Source: Candidatus Eiseniibacteriota bacterium
GTDB taxonomy: Bacteria > Eisenbacteria > RBG-16-71-46
Length of the DNA: 64,000 bases
Assembly: GCA_041483195.1 (NCBI GenBank)
Contig: JBGPFC010000003.1
Coordinates: 96,001-160,000 of the forward strand
Direction: 5' to 3'
The translations under genes and the position numbers were made by a program. Below the pieces are notes generated by a model. The model was not told where the DNA came from, made no database searches, and worked only from the letters and a program-made list of their open reading frames with translations. Of the stretch, positions 29,244-38,854 are shown one piece after another (within the stretch, counting starts at the first letter, position 1; each line of letters begins with the position of its first letter).

Positions 29244-31502
29244 CTACCGCCTCCGCAACAGCACCAGCTTGCGCGTCACGCCGCCGTCGCCGTTGGTTGC
29301 CCGCATGAAGTACACGCCGTCGCGCGCGGCCGCGCCGCCCGCGACGCTTCCATCCCACGCGAAGTCGCTGATCCCGGCCGGCAGGTCGCCGCTGAAGATG
29401 CTCTTCAGCGCGCGTCCGGTCAGATCGTAGATCGCGACCTCGACGTGGCCGGGTCGGTCGAGCGTCACGGTGAAGCGCGTCTCGCCCCCGAACGGGTTGG
29501 GACGGTTCTCGGAGAGCGCGAGCCGCGGCTTCCCGGCGAGCGGCTGGCTCAGCCGCGGCGTCGCGACCGCGAGCTTCACGCCGTCGAGCGCCGTGAAGTC
29601 GGAGCGATCGAGCGTCACCTCGCCGCCCGGCTGCGCCCCGGGCTTGAGCGCGAGGTGGAGGATCATCTCGAGACTCTGCGCCGGGCCGGCGTCCCCACCG
29701 GGATGGAACACCGCCATCATCACCTGGTCATTCGCCACCTGCGACAGGTGGAGCCAGTTCGCGCTCGCGCCGGCGAAGTCCACGCCCGTCACGTCGTAGC
29801 GGCTCTGCGGATATCGCAGCACCAGCTTCGCGCCGCCGAGCGGGGCGGCCCCGTCGATACGCACCGGCAGATCGAAGCGCGTCTGCGCCCCGGTTGGCGG
29901 GCCGAATGCCATCTTCACCCCGTCCCCGGCGCGCACGGTGTCCTCCGGGCAGGCGTCGCAATCGTGGCCGATCAGGATCTCGCGCGCGCAGCACAACACG
30001 TCCTCGATCGTGAAAGCGTGGTCGGCGTCGCAGTCGAATTCCGCGACCACCGAATCGGGGCACGGGGCGTCGCCCTGCAGGCAGCGCAGCATGAGCACCA
30101 GGTCGCGGATGTCGTCGCGGCCGTCGCCGTTCCAGTCGCATCGCTCGCCGCTCAGCAGGCAGATGCGCGCCACGCCGGGCCCGAGATCGGGACGGTCGGC
30201 GAGCGGCTGCACGCACTCCGGCACCCCGTGGCCGTCGATGTCGGATCCGAGCAGCGCGCGCGCCGCGAGCGTCGTGACCGGATGCTCGGGCCGGCGTTCG
30301 CCGAGCGCGACCGTGATCTGGAGCACCGCCGGCACCGGGATGAAGGATCGAATCGGCTGTATGGGCGCACCCTGCTCGGCCACCATCGCGAAGCGCGCGC
30401 CCCGCGCCGTCCGCTCCCAGCGCAGCAGCATGCCGGTGGCGGCGCCCGTGGTCTCGAGTCGCTCGATGTGCAGCGCCGAATCCGAGAGCGCCAGCTCGCC
30501 CTGGAGCCCCGCGAGCGCGACGCCGGTCTTGATGAAGAGCGTGAGCTTCGCCGGGCGATCGTGTGCGATCTGCGCGTCGCACAGCTGGGGCTCGCCGCGC
30601 GGATCGAAGAGCGGCGTGAGGCAGGCCGGAGGCGGCGGCAGCTTGCCGCAGCTGTCGAGCACCGCGAACGGCACCATCGTCCGGAAGAGCTGGCCCGGCG
30701 GGAAGGTGTCTGAGCAGCTCACCACCGCCAGCTCGAGCGGCAGCCGATAGGCCATCGGCGGAAGCTCCGGCAGCATGAACGAAGCGCTCCAGGGAACGGG
30801 ACCGATCGCGCACGGCCGCGCGAGGCAGCCGCCGTCGTCCACGATGAGGCGCATCCGAGGCGGAGCTATCATCAAGTTCATGGTGGTGAACTCGGGGATG
30901 AACAGCACGCGCCGGAAGCGGAAGCAATCGCTCGGGAAGTGCCCGGAGACGCGCACCGGGATACTGTCGTGCGGGCAAACGCGCGGGTCCCCCAGCGCCT
31001 CGCGTCCGATCTGGATGTGGTCGACGAACGGCAGGACGCCGGGCGGTGGCGGAGCCGCGCACTGCTGCGAGACCACGAAGTCGAGCGTGAACGGCCGCTC
31101 CTCGCGGTAGGTGCGGCCGCTCGGCGTGCGGTGGTCGATGACCCACGTGATGTCGAGGGTGTGCGCGCCCGCCGAGAACCGGCCGAGCCGCAGCGGAATC
31201 ACGTAGAACCGCGGCATCACCGCGGGGCAGATCGTGCTGTCACGCACCAGCGTCCGGTACATGACGTGGACCGAATCGCTCGCGCTCGCGCCCTCGAAAG
31301 AGTCGCATGCAGTGGCCTCGAAGCCGAGCGCCACGAGCACGACGGTGTCCTGAACGCACGGATACCGATTGACCAGGCCCCAGCGAAGACCGTTCTCGGG
31401 AAGGATGATCGGGGTGGGCGGCGCCTGGTCCGCGAACGAGGGCGCGCCGATGACGAGCAAAGCGCCGAGCGAGAACATCAGGCGCAAACGGGAGGTGGCC
31501 AC
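29244..31502 (-). CDS. Secreted Cys-rich multidomain protein with dockerin-like repeats, flanking cohesin-like domains and a FlgD-Ig/T9SS-type CTD
   Basis: AGGAGAG RBS before GTG at 31502; signal peptide; DWNGDGRDDIRD and DCDADHAFTIED; CTD ENRPNPF...IYDLTG...WDG...GVYFMR...RKLVLLR. Confidence 0.78.
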   Translation of the reverse strand: MATSRLRLMFSLGALLVIGAPSFADQAPPTPIILPENGLRWGLVNRYPCVQDTVVLVALGFEATACDSFEGASASDSVHVMYRTLVRDSTICPAVMPRFYVIPLRLGRFSAGAHTLDITWVIDHRTPSGRTYREERPFTLDFVVSQQCAAPPPPGVLPFVDHIQIGREALGDPRVCPHDSIPVRVSGHFPSDCFRFRRVLFIPEFTTMNLMIAPPRMRLIVDDGGCLARPCAIGPVPWSASFMLPELPPMAYRLPLELAVVSCSDTFPPGQLFRTMVPFAVLDSCGKLPPPPACLTPLFDPRGEPQLCDAQIAHDRPAKLTLFIKTGVALAGLQGELALSDSALHIERLETTGAATGMLLRWERTARGARFAMVAEQGAPIQPIRSFIPVPAVLQITVALGERRPEHPVTTLAARALLGSDIDGHGVPECVQPLADRPDLGPGVARICLLSGERCDWNGDGRDDIRDLVLMLRCLQGDAPCPDSVVAEFDCDADHAFTIEDVLCCAREILIGHDCDACPEDTVRAGDGVKMAFGPPTGAQTRFDLPVRIDGAAPLGGAKLVLRYPQSRYDVTGVDFAGASANWLHLSQVANDQVMMAVFHPGGDAGPAQSLEMILHLALKPGAQPGGEVTLDRSDFTALDGVKLAVATPRLSQPLAGKPRLALSENRPNPFGGETRFTVTLDRPGHVEVAIYDLTGRALKSIFSGDLPAGISDFAWDGSVAGGAAARDGVYFMRATNGDGGVTRKLVLLRRR

Positions 31503-31674
31503 GGCTGTCTCTCCTGCCCCGGTCGGGCGACTAATGCTCGCCCAATCCGGGACCCAAGTCCAGCCATTCCTTGGGGAGCGCGACACGGTGCGTGAGTTCC
31601 GCTTCGATGTGGGGCCGCTACGATGTGCTCGGACCCGCGCCGCGCTCCACGAAATCCATTTCGGGCGCTCTACT

Positions 31675-33018
31675 TCAACGGTGTCCCGCGTTCATCGGCG
31701 AGTCGGCGCGCACTCGGGCGCCGATCGCCGCGCACATCGCGCGCGCCGCGCGCTTCGCGTCCTGCGCGGCCGTGACCACGAGCTCACCGCCGAGCGCATC
31801 GCCTCCCGCGTACACCTTGGGATGGCCGGTGCGCCCGGTCGCCTCGTCGACGACGATACAGCCCTTCGGATCGAGCGCGACACCCGGAATTTCGGAAATC
31901 AGCTCGCGGAGCCGCGCCTGGCCGATCGCGAGCACCGCGAAGTCGGCGCCCACCTCGAGCCCGTTCGCCAGCCGCAGCGCGACAAGTTGTCCTCCGGCAT
32001 CGCGCACGAATTCCTTCGGGACGGCACGCTCCATCAGGCGAACGCCCTCTTTGCGCGCCATGTCCATCTCGTGAGCGTACCCTGGCATCTCGGCGACGCT
32101 CCGCCGGTAGAGCATGGTGACCTCGGCGGCTCCCAGCCGCGCCAGCTCGCGCGTGGCGTCGATGGCGGTATTGCCGCCGCCGATGACGATCGCGCGCTTT
32201 CCTTCGGGCGCCCTGAAGCCGGGCTCGAGCTTGAGGCGCTCGATCCACGCCGTCGCGCCCACCACGTCCGGGCCGTCTTCCCCCGGAATCCCGAGCTTCG
32301 CGTCCGCGCCGAGTCCAACGCCGATGAACACGGCGTCGAAGTCGCGCAGCAGGTCGGAGGCGCTCAGATCGCGACCGACCTCGACGCCCTCGCGAATCGC
32401 GACCCCGAGCGAGCGGATGAAATCCACCTCCATCATCGCGCCCTCGACGTGCATCTTGTACGGCGCGACGCCGGTGGCGTTGAGCCCGCCCGCGAGTCTG
32501 CGCCGCTCGAAGACCGTCACCGACACGCCCTCGATCGCGAGATATCCGGCGGCCGCGAGCGAGGCGGGCCCGCCGCCGATGCAGGCCACGCGCTTGCCGA
32601 GCGCCGGCGCCTTAGTGAACAGCGGCGCCGCGCCCGGCCGCGAGAACGCCGTCTCCACCGCGAAGCGCTGCAGGCGTCCGATCTGGATCGGCGGGGTGCG
32701 ATGCCAGGTGTTGTACACGCACGCGCCGACGCACAGCACCTCGACCGGGCACACCCGCGCGCAGGAGTATCCGAGCAGGTTGGCGGAGAGAATGGTCTTC
32801 GCCGAGCCGCGCAGGTTGTCGGTCGCGATCTTGCGGATGAAGCCCGGGATGTCGATCCCGGTCGGGCACGCGGTGACGCACGGCGCGTCGTTGCAATAGA
32901 GGCAGCGGTTGGCCTCGGCCACCGCCTCGCCCGGCAGATAGGTTGGCTTCGCGTCGGGCAGCCGGCGCTCGAGGCGGTCGGCGGCCACCCCGGTCGTGTC
33001 GACGGTCGGATCGTTCAT
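31675..33018 (-). CDS. preT: Dihydropyrimidine dehydrogenase subunit PreT (GltD-like flavo-Fe-S protein)
   Basis: EANRCLYCNDAPCVTACPTGID, CARVCP, IGGGPAS, IGGGNTAID, YRR, YAGGD. The preT assignment rests on co-location with preA and hydA. Confidence 0.85.
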   Translation of the reverse strand: MNDPTVDTTGVAADRLERRLPDAKPTYLPGEAVAEANRCLYCNDAPCVTACPTGIDIPGFIRKIATDNLRGSAKTILSANLLGYSCARVCPVEVLCVGACVYNTWHRTPPIQIGRLQRFAVETAFSRPGAAPLFTKAPALGKRVACIGGGPASLAAAGYLAIEGVSVTVFERRRLAGGLNATGVAPYKMHVEGAMMEVDFIRSLGVAIREGVEVGRDLSASDLLRDFDAVFIGVGLGADAKLGIPGEDGPDVVGATAWIERLKLEPGFRAPEGKRAIVIGGGNTAIDATRELARLGAAEVTMLYRRSVAEMPGYAHEMDMARKEGVRLMERAVPKEFVRDAGGQLVALRLANGLEVGADFAVLAIGQARLRELISEIPGVALDPKGCIVVDEATGRTGHPKVYAGGDALGGELVVTAAQDAKRAARAMCAAIGARVRADSPMNAGHR

Positions 33019-33049
33019 CGCGGTCGGTCTCCGAACTCGCAGATTGTGC

Positions 33050-33676
33050 TCATCTCGCCTTTCCTCGAAGCCTCGATTGCGCGCACCGCGCATTCAGGTC
33101 GTCCTCGTTGCGCGGGTCGAATCCCGCGATCTCGCCGCCCAGCCCGCGCTTCGCCCAGGTCACGCGCGCGAGCGCCTCGCATGGCTTGCCGTCGCGCACC
33201 CTGAGATCCAACCCTTCCGTGAACGCCGCCAGCGCCGCCCCGCGGGTGCGCTCCGACGGATCTCGCACCGCGAACACGAACAGCGTGTCGTCCCAGTCCG
33301 CGGCGGCGCTCAGCCTGCCCGCCCGCTCCAGCCGGTCCGCCGCGCGCGTGTAAGTCTCGAGCCCGATCGCGACCAGATCCGGCGCGGGCGGCATGCCGCG
33401 CCCGCGGGCGCGCGCGCGCGCGAGCCGCATCGCCCCCACCGCGGTCTGCAGCCGGCCGGCGCGCAGCTCGCGCTCCACCCGCTCGCGGTAGCGCCGGTCG
33501 ATGAAATCGCCGCGCCCCGCGTCCCACACCCGCGCCGGCTCGAACCCCTCGAGCCAGACGATCTCGTCGTCGAACCGTTGCGCCTGCCGCAGCGCGAGCT
33601 GGCCCGCCAGCGAAACGGCCTCGATCAGCGCGAGCAGCAGCAGCGCGACCAGCACCAGCGCGAGCAGCGGCTTCAA
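33050..33676 (-). CDS. Hypothetical membrane-anchored protein
   Basis: C-terminal part of ORF 33050..34549; hydrophobic LLALVLVALLLLALI follows a possible TTG start at 33676 (start uncertain). Confidence 0.5.
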   Translation of the reverse strand: MKPLLALVLVALLLLALIEAVSLAGQLALRQAQRFDDEIVWLEGFEPARVWDAGRGDFIDRRYRERVERELRAGRLQTAVGAMRLARARARGRGMPPAPDLVAIGLETYTRAADRLERAGRLSAAADWDDTLFVFAVRDPSERTRGAALAAFTEGLDLRVRDGKPCEALARVTWAKRGLGGEIAGFDPRNEDDLNARCAQSRLRGKAR

Positions 33677-33931
33677 ACGGCCCGTGCTCCAGCCTTCGGG
33701 ATCATGGGGTCCTCCGCAACGCGAGCCGCGATCGATGCCGTGCCCCGGCCCGCGTGAGGCGGACGCCGCGCATCGCACCCGGCCAGCCGGGATCGCGGAG
33801 CATACGCTGCGCGCGGGCCCGCGAAAAGCGCGGAGTGGGGGCGCCGCTCGTCGCGGGCCTTGTCCGGCCGCCACCTTCCGTCTTAGAGTTCGGGCCCATC
33901 GCGTGAGCCCACCACCCCGGAGGAGAAACCC

Positions 33932-34552
33932 ATGAATCCGTTTCGCGTCGTCGCAACGCTGCTCGCCGTCGTCACGCTCGCCGCCGCCGCGGTCGCGACC
34001 TCGAGCACCAGGACCGCATCGCCCCCCGCCGCGAAGTCGGCCGCCACGAAGCCGGCCGCCGCGAACGCGGACGCCGGCGCGAAGGCGAAGCTGCTCGCCC
34101 GCGGCCAGCAGCTCACCGTCGTCGCGGGATGCGTGGACTGTCACACGCCGGGAACGATGTTCGGCGCGCCCGATTTCTCGCGCAATCTCTCGGGCAGCGA
34201 ACTCGGCTGGCAGGGACCGTGGGGCACGACCTACGCGCGCAACCTCACGCCCGACCTCGAGACCGGCCTCGGTTACTACAAGGCGGAGGAGATCGTGAAG
34301 TCGATCAAGGGCGGTCATCGTCTCGATGGGACGCCCATGCTGCCGCCGATGCCGTGGCAGAGTTACACGGCCTTCGACGATTCCGACCTGCTCGCGATCG
34401 CGACCTACCTGCTGAGCCTCCCGCCGGTCGCCCACAATGTTCCGGATCGTGTCCCACCCGGGCAGAAGGCCACCGGGTCGTTCCTCACCTTCCCGGCGCC
34501 ATCCGCGTGGGACGTGCCGCAGGCGGCCCCGGATTCGAGCGCGAAGCACTGA
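33932..34552 (+). CDS. Periplasmic monoheme c-type cytochrome
   Basis: GGAGGAG RBS; signal peptide; CVDCHTP; GPWG..YARNLTPD..TGLG; PPMPW (possible distal Met). Confidence 0.9.
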   Translation: MNPFRVVATLLAVVTLAAAAVATSSTRTASPPAAKSAATKPAAANADAGAKAKLLARGQQLTVVAGCVDCHTPGTMFGAPDFSRNLSGSELGWQGPWGTTYARNLTPDLETGLGYYKAEEIVKSIKGGHRLDGTPMLPPMPWQSYTAFDDSDLLAIATYLLSLPPVAHNVPDRVPPGQKATGSFLTFPAPSAWDVPQAAPDSSAKH

Positions 34553-34557
34553 GCCGC

Positions 34558-35595
34558 ATGCGCCGAGCCTGGATCATCGTCGCGGTGCTCGGACTCGCGA
34601 TGTTGGGCCGTGCGGCCGCCGCGCCAGCCGCGAGCACCACGCCGGTCGGCGACCCCGCGCCCGGAGACGCGCCCTCCGCATCGCTCGATACGCTAATCGC
34701 GGCCGAGCGGGCGTTCTCGCGGGCATCGGTCGAGCACGGGATGAAGGAGTCGTTCCTGGCCCATCTCGCAGACGACGCCATCGTCTTCGAGCCGATGCCC
34801 GCGAACGGGAAGCGGGTGTGGCGCGCGCGAGCGAATCCATCGGGCACGCTCATCTGGGCGCCCGATTTCGCGGAGCTCGCGGGCGCCGGCGATCTCGGGG
34901 TCACGAGCGGCCCGTGGGAATACCGCCCGCCCCCGGAGCGCAACGCGCCGACTGGCTACGGACATTTCGTCTCGGTGTGGAGGCGCGCACCCGGCCCCGA
35001 CTGGCGCGTCGCGCTCGACATCGGCATCGGGCACGGCCAGCCCCCGGGGGGCCTCGATCAAGTCGACGTGAGCAAGGGGCCGGCGCACCCGCCGCCCCCG
35101 CCCGCGAAGCGCGAGTTCGGCTCGCTGGGCTACGGCTTCGGCCTCATGTCGGGCTCGGGGTTCGGCGCGGGCTTCGCGACCGGTCCCGGCTTCATTCCGC
35201 GCGCCGATCGCATGATGGCGCGAGCGATCAACGCGATGATGACGGCCGAGCGCGCGATCTACTTCTCGGCCCGCACGAAGGGGCTCGCGCGCGCATACAC
35301 CGAGCAGGCCGCGAGCGACCTGCGCTTCTACCGCGAGGGCGCGCCGCCGGCCGTCGGCGTGAGCGAGGCGATCGCGGCGATCGGCGCCCCAGCCGGCCGG
35401 ATCGAGCCGGTGCCGTTCGGCGACGGCATGGCGTCGTCTTACGACCTCGGCTACAGCTACGGCCTGCTCCTCACGCGGGCGACGCCCGCGGCCCGCGCCG
35501 ACACGAGCGCCTACCTGCACGTGTGGCGCAAGGACGCGGCCGGGCGCTGGAAGCTCGCGCTCGACGCCGAGAACGCGGTGTCGAAGAAGCCGTAG
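34558..35595 (+). CDS. Secreted tandem NTF2/SnoaL-like (DUF4440-like) protein
   Basis: Signal peptide; two repeats of AERA...DLG.[TS].G....G/S.[FY]..VWR....W...LD. Confidence 0.78.
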   Translation: MRRAWIIVAVLGLAMLGRAAAAPAASTTPVGDPAPGDAPSASLDTLIAAERAFSRASVEHGMKESFLAHLADDAIVFEPMPANGKRVWRARANPSGTLIWAPDFAELAGAGDLGVTSGPWEYRPPPERNAPTGYGHFVSVWRRAPGPDWRVALDIGIGHGQPPGGLDQVDVSKGPAHPPPPPAKREFGSLGYGFGLMSGSGFGAGFATGPGFIPRADRMMARAINAMMTAERAIYFSARTKGLARAYTEQAASDLRFYREGAPPAVGVSEAIAAIGAPAGRIEPVPFGDGMASSYDLGYSYGLLLTRATPAARADTSAYLHVWRKDAAGRWKLALDAENAVSKKP

Positions 35596-35602
35596 CCTCC
35601 CG

Positions 35603-37042
35603 CTACTTCGCCCGCGCCGCCTGCGTCGCGATCGCGCCCGCCGGGGCGTGAGTGCCCGGCCTCGCCGCCACGCGCTGGATGAATCGTCCAGCGCCGCGCT
35701 CCACCTCGAGCTTGCCGTCCTCGTACTGCACGCGCCCGTTCACGATCACGCGCGTGGGTTTCCCCTTCACCTTGAAGCCTTCGAAGATGCTCCGGTCGCA
35801 GCGCGAGTGGTGCGTCTTCGCGCCGCGGGTGCCGGTCGCGGTGGGATCGTAGATCACGAGGTCGGCGTCGGCGCCGGCCGCGATCGTGCCCTTGCGCGGG
35901 TAGAGCCCGAAGATGCGGGCGGGATTCGTGCTGCCGAACGCCACCATGCGCTGCACGTCGAAGCGGCCCTCGCACACGCCGTAGGTGTAGAGCAGCTGGA
36001 GGCGGTCCTCGATGCCGGCGGCGCCGTTCGGGATGAGCGTGAAGTTGTCCTTGCCCATCCGCTTCTGCTCCATGGTGAACGGACAGTGGTCGGTGCCGAT
36101 CGAATCGAGCATGCCGCTCGAGAGTCCGGTCCAGAGCGCATCGTGGTGCCCCACGTGCGCGGGGCGGATCGGCGGGCTCATGACGTAGGCCGAGCCCTCG
36201 AAGTCGGGCTTGGTGAACACGCTGTCGTCGAGCAGCAGGTACTGCGGGCAGGTTTCGCCGTAGCACTTCTGCCCCGCGAGCTTCGCGCGCTCCAGCGCCT
36301 CGACCGACTCGCGGCACGTCATGTGGACGATGTACGCGGTGGCGCCGTGGAGCCGCGCCATCATCAGCGCGCGCCCGGTGGCCTCGCCCTCCACGCAGCT
36401 CGGACGCGACACCGGATGGTACTCGGGGCCGAGCTTGCCGGCGGCGACCAGCTCCTTCTGGAGCGCGAACACCGCGTCGCCGTTCTCCGCGTGCACCGTC
36501 ACGACCGCGCCCAGCTTCGCCGCGTGCTTCATGACCTGGTAGAGCTCGCTGTCGTCCACCATGATCGCGCCCTTGTAGGCCATGAACACCTTGAACGAGG
36601 TGATGCCGTGATCCTGCACCACCGCGCGCATCTCCTCGGCGGTCCGGTCGGTCCATCCGGTGATCGCCATGTGAAACGTGTAGTCGGCGACCGCCTTCTT
36701 GCTGCGCCGCTTCCACTCCTCGAGCCCCGCGAGCAGCGATTCGCCGCGGGCCGGGATGCAGAAGTCGATGATGGTGGTGGTGCCCCCCGCCACGCCAGAG
36801 GCGGTGCCGGATTCGAAGTCGTCGGCCGAGACCGTGCCCATGAAGGGCAGCTCCATGTGGACGTGCGGATCGATGAAGCCGGGGAACACGAACTGGCCAG
36901 CGGCGTCGATCGCCTCGTCCTTCGCGCCGCGCTTCTCGAGATTTTCACCGATCGCGACGATCTTCCCGCCCTCGCAATAGACATCCGCGACGTAGCGATC
37001 GGAGGCTGTCACGATTTCGCCGTGCTTGATGAGGAGTCCCAT
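35603..37042 (-). CDS. hydA: Dihydropyrimidinase
   Basis: PGFIDPHVH, GGTTTIIDF, SFKVFMAYKG, VHAENG, GETCPQY, VMSPP, TDHCPF, IPNG. Confidence 0.95.
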   Translation of the reverse strand: MGLLIKHGEIVTASDRYVADVYCEGGKIVAIGENLEKRGAKDEAIDAAGQFVFPGFIDPHVHMELPFMGTVSADDFESGTASGVAGGTTTIIDFCIPARGESLLAGLEEWKRRSKKAVADYTFHMAITGWTDRTAEEMRAVVQDHGITSFKVFMAYKGAIMVDDSELYQVMKHAAKLGAVVTVHAENGDAVFALQKELVAAGKLGPEYHPVSRPSCVEGEATGRALMMARLHGATAYIVHMTCRESVEALERAKLAGQKCYGETCPQYLLLDDSVFTKPDFEGSAYVMSPPIRPAHVGHHDALWTGLSSGMLDSIGTDHCPFTMEQKRMGKDNFTLIPNGAAGIEDRLQLLYTYGVCEGRFDVQRMVAFGSTNPARIFGLYPRKGTIAAGADADLVIYDPTATGTRGAKTHHSRCDRSIFEGFKVKGKPTRVIVNGRVQYEDGKLEVERGAGRFIQRVAARPGTHAPAGAIATQAARAK

Positions 37043-37058
37043 GGTGGTTCCCTTCCAG

Positions 37059-37139
37059 TTAACGCCCGCGGCGGAGCGGCGGACGGATGAGGAGATCGCA
37101 GGACAGCCGGGTCGGCTCGTATCGGAAGCGGGGGGTCAT
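37059..37139 (-). CDS. Candidate 26-aa small ORF (MTPRFRYEPTRLSCDLLIRPPLRRGR)
   Basis: GAGGA lies 6 nt before ATG at 37139. It fills the gap between the 37153 gene and hydA; the TAA is 16 nt before the hydA ATG. Confidence 0.4.
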   Translation of the reverse strand: MTPRFRYEPTRLSCDLLIRPPLRRGR

Positions 37140-37152
37140 CGTTAGTCCTCGC

Positions 37153-37839
37153 TCACGCGCCGGAATCGCCGCGCCGGTACTCGACGAGACGCATCCACGG
37201 CCGCGACGGATCCAGGCCCTCGTAGGACTCGAGCACGAAACCATCCGCGTCGGCCCAGAACGCGTAGCCGTCGTCCTCGCCGCGCGGCGGCAGCGACACG
37301 ACGTAGCGGCGCGCCGCGACCGCGCCCCATGGCGCCTCGAACATCCCGCGCTCGAGACAGCGGTAGAGCATGCGCTCCGGCGTCACCGCCATGTAAGGCG
37401 GCCCGATCCGAAGCACGGGAAACTCGTGCTCGCCGCCCACCTGAAAATCGCGGCGCGCGAGGATGAACGCGTTGAACAGGTGGGTGGCGTACTCCACCTC
37501 GCAGGACTCGGGGTAGTCGCCCTCCTGTTCGCGAACGTGGTCCTGGTACTCGATGCGCGCGCGCCAGGTGTCGCCCGCCGCCGAATGCAGCGCGCGCAGC
37601 CGGCGATCGCCCACCGTCCACAGCACCTCGAGCCCGGTGGGACGCATGCGGTCGGTGAGCGTGACGCGGTACTCCTGGACGCTCGGGAACGGATGCGGCG
37701 CGACGAAGCGCTGCTCGCCGGTCGCGACCAGGCCGATCGGCGCGCTCTCGATGCGCCAGCGCTCCTCGCCGCACTCCTGGCCGCCGTGGTAGATCGCGTA
37801 GCGACCGGCGGCGACGAGCTGCGTGGCGAGGGGAGACAT
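37153..37839 (-). CDS. Hypothetical beta-rich protein (putative glycolipid-binding-domain-like)
   Basis: Starts immediately after the nitrilase stop (GTG at 37848 is an alternative start). G.E.W, T.LFNA, FWADADGFVL patterns. Family call is tentative. Confidence 0.6.
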   Translation of the reverse strand: MSPLATQLVAAGRYAIYHGGQECGEERWRIESAPIGLVATGEQRFVAPHPFPSVQEYRVTLTDRMRPTGLEVLWTVGDRRLRALHSAAGDTWRARIEYQDHVREQEGDYPESCEVEYATHLFNAFILARRDFQVGGEHEFPVLRIGPPYMAVTPERMLYRCLERGMFEAPWGAVAARRYVVSLPPRGEDDGYAFWADADGFVLESYEGLDPSRPWMRLVEYRRGDSGA

Positions 37840-37849
37840 CGAACGCACC

Positions 37850-38716
37850 CTAGAGATCGACGAGCTCTTCGTACGTCTCCGGCCGGCGGTCGCGGAAGAA
37901 CTGCCAGACGTTCCGTACCTCGTCGATCATGTCGAGATCCATCTCCGCCACCACCAGCGCGTCGTCGTTTTCGTTCGCCTGCGCGAGGAAGTTCCCGCGC
38001 GGGTCCACGAAGTATGACGAGCCGTAGAACTTGCCGATGTTCCATGGCGCCTCGGTGCCGACGCGGTTGATGCAGCCCATGAAGTAGCCGTTCGCGACCG
38101 CGTGCGCCGGCTGCTCGAGCTTCCAGAGATACTGCGAGAGGCCGGCCACCGTCGCGCTCGGGTTGAACACGATCTCCGCGCCGTTCAATCCCAGCGCGCG
38201 CGCCCCCTCCGGGAAATGGCGGTCGTAGCAGATGTACACGCCGACCTTGGCGTAACGCGTCTGGAACACGGGGTAGCCGAGATTGCCGGGCTTGAAGAAG
38301 AACTTCTCCCAGAAGCCCGAGGTGTGCGGGATGTGGTTCTTGCGGTACTTGCCCAGGTAGGTGCCGTCGGCGTCGTACACCGCGGCCGTGTTGTAGAGAA
38401 CCCCCGGCATCTCCTTCTCGTAGACCGGCACCACCACCGCCATCTTGTGCTTCGCGCAGAGCTTCGCGACGGCGTCGGTGGTCGGACCCGGCACGCTCTC
38501 GGCGGCGTCGTACCAGCGCTTGTCCTGCCCCGGGCAGAAATACGGGCCGTTGAATATTTCCTGCAGGCAGAGGATCTGCACGCCCTTCCTGCCGGCGTCC
38601 TCGATCAGGGGCACGTGCCTGTCGAACATCGCCTGCTTGACCTTCTCGACCGGGACCGATTCGTCGTTGATCGGATTGGCGCACTGGATCAGTCCGCCGA
38701 TGAGCTTACGGGGCAT
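37850..38716 (-). CDS. Beta-ureidopropionase (nitrilase / carbon-nitrogen hydrolase family)
   Basis: CLQEIFNGPYFC (Glu), GKYRKNHIP (Lys), ICYDRHFPEG (Cys), FFRDRRP. Adjacent to hydA. Confidence 0.9.
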   Translation of the reverse strand: MPRKLIGGLIQCANPINDESVPVEKVKQAMFDRHVPLIEDAGRKGVQILCLQEIFNGPYFCPGQDKRWYDAAESVPGPTTDAVAKLCAKHKMAVVVPVYEKEMPGVLYNTAAVYDADGTYLGKYRKNHIPHTSGFWEKFFFKPGNLGYPVFQTRYAKVGVYICYDRHFPEGARALGLNGAEIVFNPSATVAGLSQYLWKLEQPAHAVANGYFMGCINRVGTEAPWNIGKFYGSSYFVDPRGNFLAQANENDDALVVAEMDLDMIDEVRNVWQFFRDRRPETYEELVDL

Positions 38717-38854
38717 GTCGATCTCCTCGAAACCAGAGTCCGAATGGAGTGTGCGGGCGGCTCGAGCCGCCGGGGTCGAAGAGTGCCACTCCCGGCGCCC
38801 GGAGCCAAGCGGGCGGGCGGGCGCGGCGCGAGGCAACGATCGATGGCGCGCGCC

